A stretch of 64,000 bases of DNA from Octopus bimaculoides (lineage: Eukaryota): NCBI RefSeq assembly GCF_001194135.2, contig NC_068984.1, forward strand, positions 115,800,730 to 115,864,729. The letters run 5' to 3'. Each line of letters begins with the position of its first letter. The stretch's first letter is position 1. Positions 28,673 through 42,400 of this stretch are shown piece by piece. A program made the translations under genes and the position numbers. The notes below the pieces were generated by a model. The model saw only the letters and a program-made list of their open reading frames with translations, was not told the origin of the DNA and made no database searches.

Positions 28673-29329
28673 GGAATTTGAACTCAAAACATAAAACCAG
28701 ATGAAATGTTGCTAAGCATATTTCCCAGCATGCTAACAATTCTGCTGTCTTAATAATAATTCTTTCTGTTATAGGGACAAGGCTTGAAATTTTTGTGGAG
28801 AGCATAGTCGATTACATCGTCCCCAGTGTTCAACTAGTACTTATTTTATTGACTCCGAATAAATAATAACAGCAACAATAATAATAATAATAATTTCTTT
28901 TATTCGCCTTGTGATGACCCGTCTTATAGAGGGGAATATCACAAGGGTAGACAATTTTTTTTGAGATTTATACAAAGAATGGGGAGAAAGAAATGGAAAA
29001 GTTAGTGAAATGATATTGATTAAACATTGTATACCCAGTATGTGATTACATGAATGATGCAGGAGAAACTCCAGCTAGGGACAATCAAGGAATATCACTG
29101 ATCGATGACTACTCTGACCCTCAAAGCCACAAGTCGTCTCTCATTTTTTCCAGTTTAGAAGTGCATACTTAGAGGAGGGCTAGTCACTCTAACCGCTATT
29201 ACTACAGACATCCATATTTTCACAAATTTCCTGGGAGGTAGCACTTCCCTCTCCACCCTCACTTTCTTTTCTAAGTGAACATTAAAACTCTATGACAGCT
29301 TGACCAAAGGTGAAAATGTGTTTCCCCTT

Positions 29330-30660
29330 TGTTGTTGTTGTTGTTGTTGTTGTTGTGGGTGAGGCCGCAGTTCTATTTAAAGGTCTTTGTTGTTGGGGTG
29401 CGCTGTAGGCTGTAGATGTGGCCGCGCACCTCCCGAATTTCGCGGGCAGAAGGCTCTTAGGTGACTTGTGTACCCACATTTGTCAAATCTGGTCTTCCTG
29501 CCTTCCACGACGACACGCAGTTCCACCCCGTTGGGCAGCTGGATCAGATCTGGGATCTTCTTGATAATCTCTTGTTTCACATGGATTAATATACCCCAGT
29601 TGATCCCGCACCAGTTCTCCCTGTTGCACCTTTTTACCTCCAGGAATGCCTCTGGATCCTACACAAAACATGCAACTATCTACAAGACGATCACACCTGG
29701 TGGCATGCCGTTTACTCTAATTCTCGCCGTTCTCTTTCGAGAGGTAGGTGGGATACAGGACCCACTCCTCAGTCCACCTAGGTGACACTGCGTGTCTTCA
29801 CGCGTGGTCCTCACTTTTAAAGAGAATCTCAATGCTGGCAAACTGTCTCCCTCTCTATATGTGAGCCACGTCTATTAAAATTTAGCTGAGGGCCTTCTGG
29901 AGGTAACTGATGGAAGCTATTTCGGATCTCCTACTTCTCCATGATATGCATTTAAAATGCACTGTCTTTGTTTCTTTTGCCTCTATCATTTCGGGAGGTT
30001 CGAGCACTGATGCCTTACCCCTGACAATTTTGATGATGTCTTTTGCTTTTGAAAGTTCTCGAATTTTGTCCTCGAGAGGAAGTGCAAACATTTCCTTCTT
30101 TGTGTTTGCTACATAAGCGAATCCCTTGTTTTTGTTATTGTTTTTTGTTATTGCTGTTGTCGACGTTGTTTGTTGTTGCTGTCGCCTCCACCGCCGCTGC
30201 TGTTGCCGCCACCACCATGGCTGTCACCGCCTCCACTGCTATCATTGCCGTCACTGATGTTGCCAATGCTTTAATTGTTCTGCTATGAAGTGGACTTTGA
30301 ACTTTGGCGCCCTTCTTTTTCTCCTCCCCCTCTCCCGTAATGTTATCGGTAGCTGAAGGAAGAGGAGGGAAATCTTCAGCATTCAAAATTTTTTGAGGAG
30401 GGGTAGTTTTTTTTTCTTAAATCATCCAAGATGCGTTCCGCCACCTTGTTTATTTATTTTGTATAAAAACGTCCACCAATATAGCCCCGCTAGGGGCCAA
30501 ATGAACACAGAAGTCCAATGCCAGGCCCCTAATTTTTCTATAAACAAGTTGGAACAATGTTTAAACGAAAAAAAACCCCCAACAAACGGTTGTAAACTAA
30601 AGTTTTAAACAAGACTTACTTCGCGACTTCGAGAATACGTCTGTCGTGTTCAGCAGTATA
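29330..30660 (-). mobile_element. 5' part (UTR plus broken ORF1) of a Tx1/L1-like LINE
   Basis: Minus ORFs give EDFPPLP, a helical region and VVVEGRKTR(F)DKCGYTSHLRAFCP, a Cx2Cx4Hx4C knuckle with the first Cys mutated, typical of L1/Tx1 ORF1. Confidence 0.6.
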
Positions 30661-31801
30661 TAATAATAATAATAATGATAAAGTTGAAGAAAAACGTTTT
30701 AAGATCTATGTCAGTATACAAGATGGGGTAAACCATTCATGTTATTGATAGAGTGTGATAAGCAACTGCAAGGAATCTCCACCATATAAATACATATATC
30801 AGCGTAAAAGTACATCAGATTTTGTTATACGTGATGCAGAGACAATATGAAAAATAAAATCTTCAGATTTATTTTAAAATTACCATTGGATAAAATATAT
30901 TTACTTATAGTTTATCTAAGCAAGAAATATCTTGAGAGGTGTTGGCGAAAAAAAAAAAATGAAAAAACAAAAGCAAAAACAGAAACGATACAAATGGTGT
31001 ACTGTTAAAAATAGATCGTTATATATCTGAAAATTGTAAACAAATCGTGATTTCGAACCTCAAATCATAGAGATATTATGAGAAACAAATAACAAGATGA
31101 ATTAGTTAAAAAAGAAAAAAAATGAAAGTAGAAAACACAAATTTTAATCGAAAGCTATACTCAGTAAAATCGTTTAGCAAAAACATCGGTAAATGGTGGA
31201 AGAAATATTTCAAAAAGTCAAGAGATACAATACCAAACTTTTATGCGTTATTATCGCAACTCGAATAAGCTTCTTATAAGAAAACGTTTAGTCACTGAAC
31301 AATAAAAATAAAGATTTTTGATGTGGTGACACGTTGAATAAAGCTGCAGGGATAAGTTTTTAACCTGAATGAAATTTGGATGCAGATAAACAAACGGAAT
31401 GCAAATGAAAAATACAAACTACACTGCCTGCTATTCATGCAGCAGAAACATATGTCGGACAGTAGTTTAAATTACATATACTGTATAAATGACTCTAATA
31501 ATAAAAAGTGTGTGTGTGTTTATGTTCCTTCATACACACCCACACAAACTCACCCACCTCCCACATAATTGTTTAATTGGTACCAGTCATTGCATTACAT
31601 TTATATTACAATCGTCTTGCACAAGGTGCTACGAAGCGGGATCGAAACCGAAAACTCGTTGCGCAATGTGTTCTCTTTAACAATACGCACATACACATTC
31701 CCAAACGCACACTGTTTTTTTCTCTCTTCGTGTTTCTGTGTATCTGCGTGTGTTTCTTTCTCTCTATCCCCTTCCTCTTCCTCTCTCTATCTCTGTCTGT
31801 G

Positions 31802-31832
<31 letters not shown>

Positions 31833-32024
31833 TTCTCTCTCTCTCTGATTCCTAAGTTTGAAACAGAATCACCTCACTAGCCACGAAGCACCACTAATTG
31901 AAAACGCTGTCAGGCATGCGATCTGCTCAACTGATACATTAAAAGTACAATGTGTTATCCCTGTAATGCTTCACAAACAATTGAAATCTCAACTCAATGG
32001 GGACTTCTAGGAATACTTTTAGAT

Positions 32025-32286
32025 CAGTGGTTCTCAACTAGGGCTCATATAACCCTTGGTTGGGTGGAAGGGGTCCATCTAAGATTTCGTTGTTAAAGTT
32101 TAGGCGCAATACATTGGTTATACTTGTACAATACACAAAATATTTTAACAATTTTTGAATACAATTCCCAATAATATATAATTATACAAATATAATAGGA
32201 TTTTTTAAAACATCGAATAATTATACGAGTCCAGTAGGGTAAATGGAAATCAAAGGAATCTATAGGCGAAAAATGGTTGAGAAACG
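32025..32286. mobile_element. hAT-Charlie-like MITE
   Basis: Starts CAGTGGTTCTCAAC, ends with degenerate GTTGAGAAACG; flanks TTTTAGAT / TTCTAAAT (6 of 8 match; Charlie-type target). Confidence 0.7.
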
Positions 32287-32342
32287 TTCTAAATTCTTAA
32301 TCTATTAATTTCTATCTATCTACCTGTCTGCCTGTCTATATA

Positions 32343-32555
32343 TGAAGGTAGTGAATTGACACAATCGTCAAAGCGTGGCAAATGTGGTTTATAATATTAG
32401 TTCCGGATCTTTACGTTTTGAGTTCAAAATCTCTCAGCGTAAACCTTGCTTTTAATCCCTCTCCTGTCTATAAAATAAACTTCCAGCCAAGTGCTCAACC
32501 AATGGTATCGACTAATCTCTGCCCTGGAAATTGCTGGCCTTGTGCCTAAATTGAA
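32343..32555 (+). mobile_element. Degenerate SINE family A
   Basis: TTACGTTTTGAGTTCAAA B-box and GCTGGCCTTGTGCCTAAATT tail. Confidence 0.65.
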
Positions 32556-33767
32556 TACATACATACATACACACACACACACGGACACAAAACACACACA
32601 CACATGCACGCTTACAGACATACACACTTGAACACACACACACACACACACACACATGTATATATGTATATATGATATGTATATCTGTTCGTGCCTTCAT
32701 AGCTCCCTCTATGATTATGATAATATTGTTTAATATACTTTAAAAATAACTATACTAATATAATGTGCTGCATTTTCGTAGTTTACATATAATGTTGGTA
32801 TCTATAAACTCGTCTTTGTCAATCCCTTTTAAGCTGATATAACTAACAATTGATAACTCCACTTTAAGTGTAGCCATTTGAAATTGGTTTACAAGAGACA
32901 CTTGAAGCAATGCTCTTTAAAGGTTTCCTCTTCTAGTATAATCGGTTAAAGATCTGTAATTTCCGAAAGACACTACTGCTGCAGTTCAGTATATTCACGT
33001 ACAATATGGTTTTAATAGTCGTTCGTGCATACAGTGTGCATAATATCTTCGTATATTGAATGTCAACCTATGGCATTTTACCGAGAAAGCAAACCCACAA
33101 TATTATTCAACATTTATATGTGTGCCAGACCAAATTGTTGCTGTAAGTTAAACGTGATGCCTTCTTGGATTCAGTTATTCCTACATGTCGAATCCATTAT
33201 GTGTATTTTTCCATTTTCCTATTTTTGTTTTCTCTTATCGACTCATTTTCCCAAGCAATATAGTAAATATCTTCTTTTTTTTTTCATATCGAGAACTACG
33301 AGTGTAATGTAAAGATGGTTACGTTTATCTAATTTTCTCCGATGTTTTCTCAGAAAAATACGTTCAGGAACTTTAGACATATATAACATACGAGAGACAC
33401 GTTTGTATCTTGTTATCTTGCTTGCTATCTCCTCAGCAATCAATGTGATTATCGCTTAGTTTCTAGTTTCCTGTTTAGTAATTAACCAGTGCTCTCAGAA
33501 CTTTGGAAAATAGATTAAAAATGTTCCAGGAACTTGAGGAGTATCAGGTCAATTTATCAACACTAGTTTAGCATTTTCTCTTACATTTATATCAGTAAAC
33601 GAGTTATTAAACAAGAAATAGTACAGAGTTGGCTAAAAGTCACTAAGTATGATCGCATGCTGCTGTCTGTGGGCATAATATGGTGACATCAACTGCTGCA
33701 AACTACATTTTCACACGGGATTTTGGGCTCACTCTACACACATACACACATATATAGTGTAATCTTT

Positions 33768-33940
33768 TCTACTATAGGTATAAAATCTGAAATTTTAGGT
33801 GGGGGCTAGTCGATTATGTCAACTGGAACTTATCTCATCAACCCCGAAACGACGGAATTTGAACTTAGAACACAAAGACCGTCAAAATGCAGCTACGCAT
33901 TTATCCGGCGTGCTAACGATTCTACCAGCTCGTCGCCTTT
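33768..33940 (-). mobile_element. SINE family A with internal deletion
   Basis: GGAATTTGAACTTAGAAC and CGTGCTAACGATTCTACCAGCTCG match family A. Confidence 0.7.
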
Positions 33941-35399
33941 TTCATAGAATAATACAAGATGAACAGGCGATGGTAAATAACATCACACCATTTAAAATTA
34001 ACTCTACAGAACTGAGTATAAATATAATTAGGCAGGAAAGCAAGGAAATCAGTAAAGTTAACAGTAGTTCTTCATCAATATGGTGACCCAAATTCATGAA
34101 GTTTGACCGATTTGTGGCATAATTTAGTGGATTCAGCTGTTACACCAATTGCACCTTTTATTACAGCCCCAATCTGTATTTCCTTATCATTGTTCATGCT
34201 ATTGTTGTTGCTGTATGCCATTCCAAAGTGAGGGTGCATAGCCTAATTGTTAGTCTGTTGTATTCACAATCGGGAGACAGTTTCAATCGTTCGATAGGAT
34301 GATGCTTTGTGTTTTTGAGTAAAACACTTAATCTTACAATAGACTGCGATAACTTCAACACCAGACGTGTGGTATACAATACACTTGTTGAGGCAACGTC
34401 GATTTGGAGGTGAGAGTGAGCTAATGTGCAGCACATGCATTTGATCACTATAAAGGAATCATATTCGCTAATTGCTCAGGAAGAAATTGCAGAATTTCGA
34501 CAGACCACCGTCATATCAGTCCAGTCCTGTTCAAGAAAACCTACGATCATAGATATTTCTGACTTTACCATCCTTTCTAAGACTACATTCTTTATTCTGT
34601 CTCTCCTCTTTTAAGATAGTGGAATGTTGTTTGAGGCAGATTTGGCTATGAATTCTAACCACATCGAGTAACATCACAGAAGATCTAACGTTGGAACTAA
34701 CATTTACTTCTGTATTTACCAGGGTGGTGTACGAAAAGTCTTTCACGTTGTTGCTTAAAAATCGTTGATATATAATGTTAGTTAATGAAGAAAGACAAAC
34801 CATTTCATTGCCATTGATAATTTATTGATTTGTTTCAAAATAACCCAACAAGGTGAGCTATAAAATTAATTAGACTTTATTCTATCCAGCCGCCTTTCCG
34901 TCTTTACTCATTTGTTCTCATCTAATTTAGTGTTAACGTATTTCATATAGAGAGCATTAAGAAAAGCTAACCAGGAATAATTATGCAGCGAGGAGAAAAT
35001 ATTATTAATCAACGATAAATACAGTTTTATATTATTTCGACAAGCATGGGAGATAATTTTGGGTATACATTATCGTAATTATGACCTCATCATCGAAGTA
35101 TAGACTTAATGAATCATTAAGTACATAATACAAGATTGTATATTGATTGTGTAGAAATAGAGAGTTATTTAGGGAAAAATGTCTGAAGCTGATTTGAATG
35201 TCTATCAGTTCAGTATATTATCCATCATTGATTATTGGGGCTTCTTTAAAATTATAAAAGGTACTGATGCTCATAATATATCTTATTCCGAAAAATGCGT
35301 TTTCCTCTGTGTCTTACATTCGTACTTGTATTGTCATATTTGAGTTGGTGTGCCTATCGGTATTCTTTCTCTTTAGGATCGAGATCATATATGAGTTTC

Positions 35400-35606
35400 T
35401 AATATTGGTTTCAAGTCCAGCATTTTCGGGTGGGTGGGGGTTAAGTGGATTAGATCGACCCCAGTTTTCAACTGGTTCTTATTTTATCGACTCCAAAAGG
35501 ATGAAAGGCAAATTCGACTTCAGTGGCATTTGAACTCAGAACGTAAAGACGGACGAAATGCCGTTAAGAATTTTGCTAGGCATGCTAACGATTCTGTCAG
35601 CTCGCT
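35400..35606 (-). mobile_element. SINE family A
   Basis: Full core and head in reverse orientation. Confidence 0.8.
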
Positions 35607-35657
35607 ATCTTTGTGGGTATCTAACATTATTGACTCTATTTGGCAGCTAAACTTCTC

Positions 35658-36243
35658 GGATCTTTTTTAAAACGGGGGCCACATTTTTCATTAACGAAAC
35701 ACTTTGAAACTTGGAACACTGGTAGAATGTGTCATATAAAACATCTTTTTCTCTTAGTCTTCTTTTTAAAAAAAGAAATCCATAAGTTATTCCATGTTAA
35801 AGTTGTCGTATTTCTGTAATTTCAACCAATCACTGACGTCCATTCAGCCGATATACATTAAGTGCCGACTACATAAACAAACGATTCTGAAACAATTAAC
35901 CCTAACCCTAACCCTAGGGTTAGGGTTAGGGTTAGGGTTAGGGTTAGGGTTAAAGCAAATTTAAAATGAAAAAAGCAAATAAAACGAAGGTATGGTGATT
36001 AAATACGCTTTACATCGCTTAATCAGCCAAAGGAGTAAATATAAACAATTGAATACTTGTCAGTGATTGGTTGAAATTATCGAAATAAGACAATTTTTTA
36101 CATGAAATAAATTCGAATACAAAAATATTTTTCTGTTCTATAACACAAAATAGATAAGTATACGAAGTTTGAAAGTCTTTCCGTACCAAAAACACTACGT
36201 AAAACATTAATGAAAAATGTGGCCCCCGTTTTAAAATAGATCC
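35658..36243. mobile_element. MITE with 37-bp GG-starting TIRs and 8-bp TSD (Merlin-like)
   Basis: TIR 35658-35694 vs 36207-36243 (1 mismatch); TSD AACTTCTC at 35650-35657 and 36244-36251; perfect internal 21-bp IR 35817-35837 / 36059-36079. Confidence 0.9.
35896..35953. repeat. Interstitial telomeric palindrome (TAACCC)3-TA-(GGGTTA)6
   Basis: Directly visible; symmetry axis CCCT|AGGG at 35915/35916. Confidence 0.95.
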
Positions 36244-36560
36244 AACTTCTCCACTCTCGCTCATCACTCATCATCATTCTATCGTTATTGTTCTGTCGAA
36301 ATTTCTTGCACCTTCTCTTAATTTTACTAATCAAATGACTCCTCTTCTCACTAATATTCGTCTTGTTACTTTTGTTGATCTTACCCGTAATAAGAGTTTC
36401 GACTACAGTAATTTCATTCGCCGAATATCTGTCCTATGGAACTCTCTCCCTTCTTGTTTCCCAGATAAACATAATCTTATTTCTTTTAAACTCTATTTTG
36501 ATCGATTTCAGCAGTTTCTCAGTAGATGTATACTTTTTGCGTTTCTTTTGTTACTGCAAT
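36244..36560 (+). pseudogene. CR1-group LINE 3' relic interrupted by the MITE
   Basis: SFYRYCS..FIRRISVLWNSLPSCFPDKHNLISFK matches the CR1-group C-terminus (RTxxLWNxLP..FP..NL.xFK). Confidence 0.6.
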
Positions 36561-37667
36561 CATATTAAGTAGTTGCTTGTGGCCTGCTTCACAAAAAGTT
36601 GTTTCTCGCTTTGTTTGGAATGTCAAAAAACAAAACAAAAAAAAAACACAAAAACAATTTTCGTATAAATTCTTAAAGTGTTCCATGAATTATTCTCTCT
36701 CGTCATATGCCATTTACCTAAGCTTTAATATCTTCTATTTGACGTATCTCAATTCAATTATTTTATTACTGTCTGTATGTTATATGATAATTTGAGAGGG
36801 CTGAAAATTCCCTCTCCACTTCTGAAGTTGTAATAAGATAAGAAATGAGATTAAGGAAGACATCACTGACCAGGTCTGTGTTGTTGCAACTAACTAAATC
36901 ATTTACCGTATAACTGTCTTTCAGTTGAGATGATGTCGCTAAAATTCAATCCTGGTAACTTTTAATATACTGAAGTCCTTTTCCAAGCAGGTAGAATCTT
37001 TGGTTAGAGGAATCATTCTAATCAAATTTCTACAGCGCAATCTCTTGAATATAACTTGAATGATGCTCATTTATGTTCATTTAATATATTAGCCAAAAGC
37101 TTCAAGTAAATTCCGGACTACTTTCGATCCACTTTCGGAATGTCGTTTGAACTTTTATTGGCGAAACACAGTCTTCCTTCAAGGTTAGGCTTTGTTTCTA
37201 GCTGTACTTGTAGATTTTCAGTGTCAGATTTTCCTTTATTGATATGAACTACACAGGTGAGTATCATACTTATTCCAAACTAGATAACAGTTAATTTCCT
37301 TTCGGATTATCCCGAAAGAGCTTTCTAATTGTAATATACCTAATACGAACATATGTGTTTAGTTCAAAAGTAATTTTAAAACGCTAATTTAAAAGAAAGA
37401 AAAACATTTATAGATGTTTGAAATATTGGCAAGGTCACCAGTGATGGCGGAATTTTATTACAAGGAAGTAACACGGCTACATTTAGTAATTTTGTTTCGT
37501 AGCCGCTTATCACCCTGTATGTAGCAGATCCATGAAACATGTAGTCAGTAAAAGACTATGCCTGAACTTCAGATCTATCTCCGCGGTTATTACATGCTTC
37601 TGTGTATTCAGAGCCGTAATATATGTTCAGATATATGAATATATGCTCCGATATATAAAGTGTGTGA

Positions 37668-38052
37668 GGAGGCGCAATGGCCCAATGGTTAGGGCAGCGG
37701 ACTCGCGATCAGAGGATCGCGGTTTCGATTCCCAGACCGAGCATTGGGAGTGTTTATTGAGCGAAAACACCTAAAGCTCCACGAGGCTCCGGCAGGGGAT
37801 GGTGGTGAACCCTGCTGTACTTTTCCACCACAACTTTCTCTCACTCTTACTTCCTATTTCTGTTGTGCCTGTAATTCAAAGGGTCAGCCTTGTCACACTG
37901 TGTCACGCTGAATATCCCCGAGAACTACGTTAAGGGTACACGTGTCTGTGGAGTGCTCAGCCACTTGCACGTTAATTTCACGAGCAGGCTGTTCCGTTGA
38001 TCTGATCAACTGGAACCCTCGACGTCGTAAGCGACGGAGTGCCAACAACAAC
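37668..38052 (+). mobile_element. tRNA(Arg)-like SINE family C, full length
   Basis: Head GGAGGCGCAATGGCCCAATGGTTAGG..GATCAGAGGATCGCGGTTTCGATTCCC, (CAA)n tail; homologues at 44921 and 55206. Confidence 0.9.
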
Positions 38053-38361
38053 ATTGTTGTAACGCTAAAGACTGATGATGTTTAACATATGTATATATTG
38101 TAACATCCAGCAAAGAACATTTAACATACATATTAAACAGAGATAAATATATTATTAAGCAATGAGATTTATCTTTGTTTCATTTGGAATTAAAACTTCA
38201 CGGTAAAACTATTGTTGTTGTTGATGGTGATGACGATGCTGATGGTAATAATAATAGTAATGATAATGGTAATGATATTGATAATAATAAGAATAAGCAT
38301 TCTTCTTCTTCTTCTTCTTCTTCTTCTTCTTCTTCTTCTTCTTCTTCTTCTTCTTCTTCTT

Positions 38362-39180
38362 CAGAAGTCTCACGTTTATCATGTGCTTTCACTGCACTGC
38401 CGAGCGCAGCTCTGTGTGTCTTGTGTATGTGCCGTGGTTTGTTATGGTGTTGTTATTATCACTGTTTTGAAAGTGCTTTACGAAGGATGTATGCGGTGCC
38501 TAGTAGTGCTATTTTCTGAATGCTGTATATACTCGTACGGTTTGGTGTTTTGGTTATGTATTTGACTATATGCTTTTTAATCATGCCTAGTGCACCTATT
38601 ATAGGAATTGTTTCTGTTTTTAGGCTTCATTGTCTCTATTTCCAGTTCTTTTTAATTTGAGAGTTTCTCCGTTTCTTTTAGAAACACAATGTTATCCGTT
38701 GGGAGAGATACGTCGATTAGAAGGTCCTTGTTCTTGATGATCTCTGACAACTATATCCGTCTGTTAGCCTTGATTTCTCTATCTGTGTGTATTGGCGTAT
38801 CCCAGAGTATGGTTGCTTTGTCATTTTCTGAGACTTTTTCTTGGAAATGATTATACCATCTTGTTTCTCTTGTCATTCTATAGTATTGCTACAGCTTCCA
38901 GTATGTATACACCGGCATGGCTGCGGATATATTCCTTTCTAGCCAGACTGAGCAGCCAGAAACAATATGATTTATTGTTTCTTCCCCATCACCACATATT
39001 CTGAACTTATTGTATTTCTCTTCTTCATTTTGTGTTTCTGTTGATTTCTGATGGAGAGACTTTGATCTTGTGCTGCAATTAAATATCTTTGTCTCTACTT
39101 TTAGTTCTGAGCTTCTCAACAATTGTTGGAATTTTACTTTGTCTCTTTTCTGTTTAGCTTATCCCAGTATTTGCCATGGT
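38362..39180 (-). mobile_element. 5'-truncated R4/Dong-like LINE (same subfamily as 16578-17719)
   Basis: K(F)RICGDGEETINHIVSGC knuckle, RLE region, 3' UTR CACAGAGCTGCGCTCGG shared with the 17.7-kb copy. Confidence 0.85.
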
Positions 39181-39416
39181 ATTTTGTTGTTCCGGTTTTA
39201 GTATTGATTTCATTATTTAGATTTAGATATCATCTATGCCATTGTTTTAACACCAAGACTGAGGATGTTTAATACATAAATATTTTATTAACATCGTGCT
39301 AAGAATATTTAACATATATATTAAAGAGACGTAAATATATGATTAAACAATGAGATTATCTCTGTTTCATATGAAATTATAGCTGTGAAATTGCACCATA
39401 TTCATGATGATGATGA

Positions 39417-39450
<34 letters not shown>

Positions 39451-39451
<1 letters not shown>

Positions 39452-42400
39452 GAAAACTCACAGCTTATTTTTCTGGGTATAAGCGAAAGTGTTAGCTGCC
39501 CACAGCCAGCAGAATAAGATGACACTTATTTGTTGGTCATGCTTCAAGAACCATGCGAAGAATTCTTGCAGTTCCAAGCAATGCTGATTTTTGTAGGTGT
39601 TCTACCTTCACACGTGCACCACTTTTATTCACCTATGTTGGTAATTGAATGCTGATACTTCCAAGTACACCAATTACTACTGGTATCAAGTCTCCTCTGT
39701 TCCTTGGCCACAGCCTTCCTATTTCTTCTTCTTTCACATAGATCATGTTGTCATCGGGGCATACTATGTCGATCATCATACATGTTCTTTCGTTTTATTC
39801 ACCACAACAATGTCCGGTTTCCGATGTCTGGTTGGGTGATCGCACTGGATCATTGCCTCCCACAGGATTTTGCAATCCTCATTTTCGTTGACTCCTTCTG
39901 GAGTTTTCTCATACCACGTTTTTGCTCTTTGTAGGCCGTGATTTCCACAAAGCTCCCAATGGATCATTCTTGCACACTGTCATGGCGTCTTTTGTATTCG
40001 TGTTGTACCAATTTCGGGCATTCACTAACTGTGTGCCATACCGTTTCACCCCTCTCACCACACAATCTGAATTTGTCTGTATCTGTAGTGTTGTCTACTC
40101 CGTACTTCATATAGTTGGTCCTAAATGCTTGTTCCTGACCTGCGTATATGAGTGCTTCTGTCTCTATCTTCAGGTCACTTCCTCACATACATAGCCACTA
40201 GTCCTCTGTATCTGTCTTGGCATTCACATCTCTTGTACACTGACCGTACATTTTCTTTTCCTTTCATGCTTTTTTCTTTTTTTTTTGTTCATTTCTTGTT
40301 TAAATTTTTCTTTCATTACACAATCTTCAGTTTCGATGATGCCCGTCTTCTGGTATTGCAACAGTGGCTCTACAACATATTTTACATACCAAACTAAGCT
40401 GTTTTCCTCTGCTCCGATACAGTTCTGGCAACAGATCAGACCTCTTCCACTCTTTCTTCTGGACAAGTACAGCCTCTCGGTGTCACTCTTAGGGAGGAAG
40501 GCTCCGTGCACTTAATTACTCTTTTACTTGTTTCAGTCATTTGACTGCGGCCATGCTGGAGCACCGCCTTTAGTCGAGAAAATCGAACCCAGGACCCATT
40601 CTTTGCAAACCTAGTACTTATTCTNNNNNNNNNNAAATCGAACCCAGGACTCATTCTTTGCAAACCTAGTACTTATTCTATCGGTTTCTTTTGCCGAACC
40701 GCTAAGTTACGGGGTCGTAAACACACCACCATCGGTTGTCAAGCGATGCTGGGGAGGCAAATAGAGACACACAAACATATACACACGCATACATATATAT
40801 ATACACATATATACGAAGGGCTTCTTTCAGTTTCCGTCTACCAAATTCACTCACAAGGCTGTGGTCGGCCCGAGGCTATAGTAGAAGACACTTGCCCAAG
40901 GTACCACGCAGTGGGACTGAACCCAGAACGATGTGCTTCGTAAACAAGCTACTTACCACACAGCCACTCAACATTCTTCTGGTCTTGATATCTATTTTCT
41001 TCACTTCTCTCTTTTGCCATTTTATAATTCTCGCTCCATGCTGAAGTGATGATATCGTCCACGTATTAACTGCTTGGATTTTATTCTAGCCAGTCAGTTT
41101 TGAGCGCAACACCAACCTTAGTCTTCGGAAATAATCCATCTTCAGTTGCTCTTTTATATCCTGTTCCATCATCTCGTTGAACTTTTGTACACCAAGGTAT
41201 TTGTAGCCTTCCGTTTCAATTTGTTTAATCAAGTCAATTCAGTAATTCTATCTCTGCTAGAGACTGTAATTTGCCTCTTTTTAGGTAGATTATTCTGCAC
41301 TTCTTGACTCCAAATTCCATTCTAATTTCAGTACTAAAACAGTGGACCGTATTCACCAAGGAATTCACTTGTATCTCATCCTTGCCATACAGTTTCAAAT
41401 CATCCATGAAGAGGAAGTGGTTGATTGTTTGGGATTTTTCTTTTAGTTGGTACTCCAGGTTCATTTTGCTAAGTACCAAGGTCAGAGGTATCATGCAGAG
41501 AACGAAAAGCAACGGAGATAGGCTATCACCCTGAAAAATCCCTCCTCTGATACCCAGGGTACCCAAGCTTTTTCCGTAAGATGTCAGTTCAGTTTTCCAT
41601 CCCACCATACTTCTCTTCAGGAAACACATTCCTCGCAATTCCAAATAGATCTAAGCACTCGATGATCCACGAGTGTAGAATCATATCATAAGCTTTGCGA
41701 TAGTCAATCCAGGCCATTCCTAGATTTGTTCTCCTTCGTTTACAATCTTGCATTACCATTTTGTTTATGAATAGTTGATCTTTGGTACCGTTGCATCTCC
41801 TTCTACAGCCTTTTTGTTCCGTCGGTAATATATCGTTCTCATCATCTTTTGCAAATCCTCCTGACAGTAAATTCCACATTAATGGGAGGCAAGAAATTGG
41901 TCTGTAATTGTCAGCAGCAATTTCCTTTGGTGCATCTTTCAGGCACAACACCGTTCATCTTTTTGTCAAGCAGCCTAGGATTTCTTCTTCATTGATCAAT
42001 GCATTAAATTGCTCTGCGATCAATTTATGGCAACTACTGAACTTTTTTTAAAATCCAAAATCCCTGTACACTATATGGTCCTGCTGCTTTACAATTGCTT
42101 GTCTTTTTATTCATATTTCTGATACTGTCTTCTCTGAAGTGGATAGCCTGGGGATAAGAAACTGTTTGCTTCAGGCTGCAGAGCCATTCAGCTGTAGTAT
42201 TATTTTGTTCTTGCTTACACCATATCTTGCCCCAGAAAAGGGACTAATCTTTCACATTTTTTATCATCATTAATCTCTTGATAAAATCGTTTTTGGTCTG
42301 TTCTAAATTTGTTTTGTCGGTATTGTTTAATCCGTTGTTCAAACCTAGTTATCTTTGCTTTTTTTTTTTGATGTATGCGCTGCTTCAGCTTTTCAGTTAC

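Noticed and set aside
35896-35953. Ancient telomere-telomere fusion site
   Set aside because: A fusion gives (TTAGGG)n then (CCCTAA)n; here the order is reversed and the tract lies inside a TSD-flanked MITE
37668-37740. Functional tRNA genes (also 8000-8065, 20200-20271, 51570-51630)
   Set aside because: A and B boxes are present but there is no complete acceptor stem; they continue into SINE bodies or are degenerate
40578-40680. About 45-bp direct repeat inside the SINE
   Set aside because: The copies flank a 10-N gap, typical of an unmerged contig overlap
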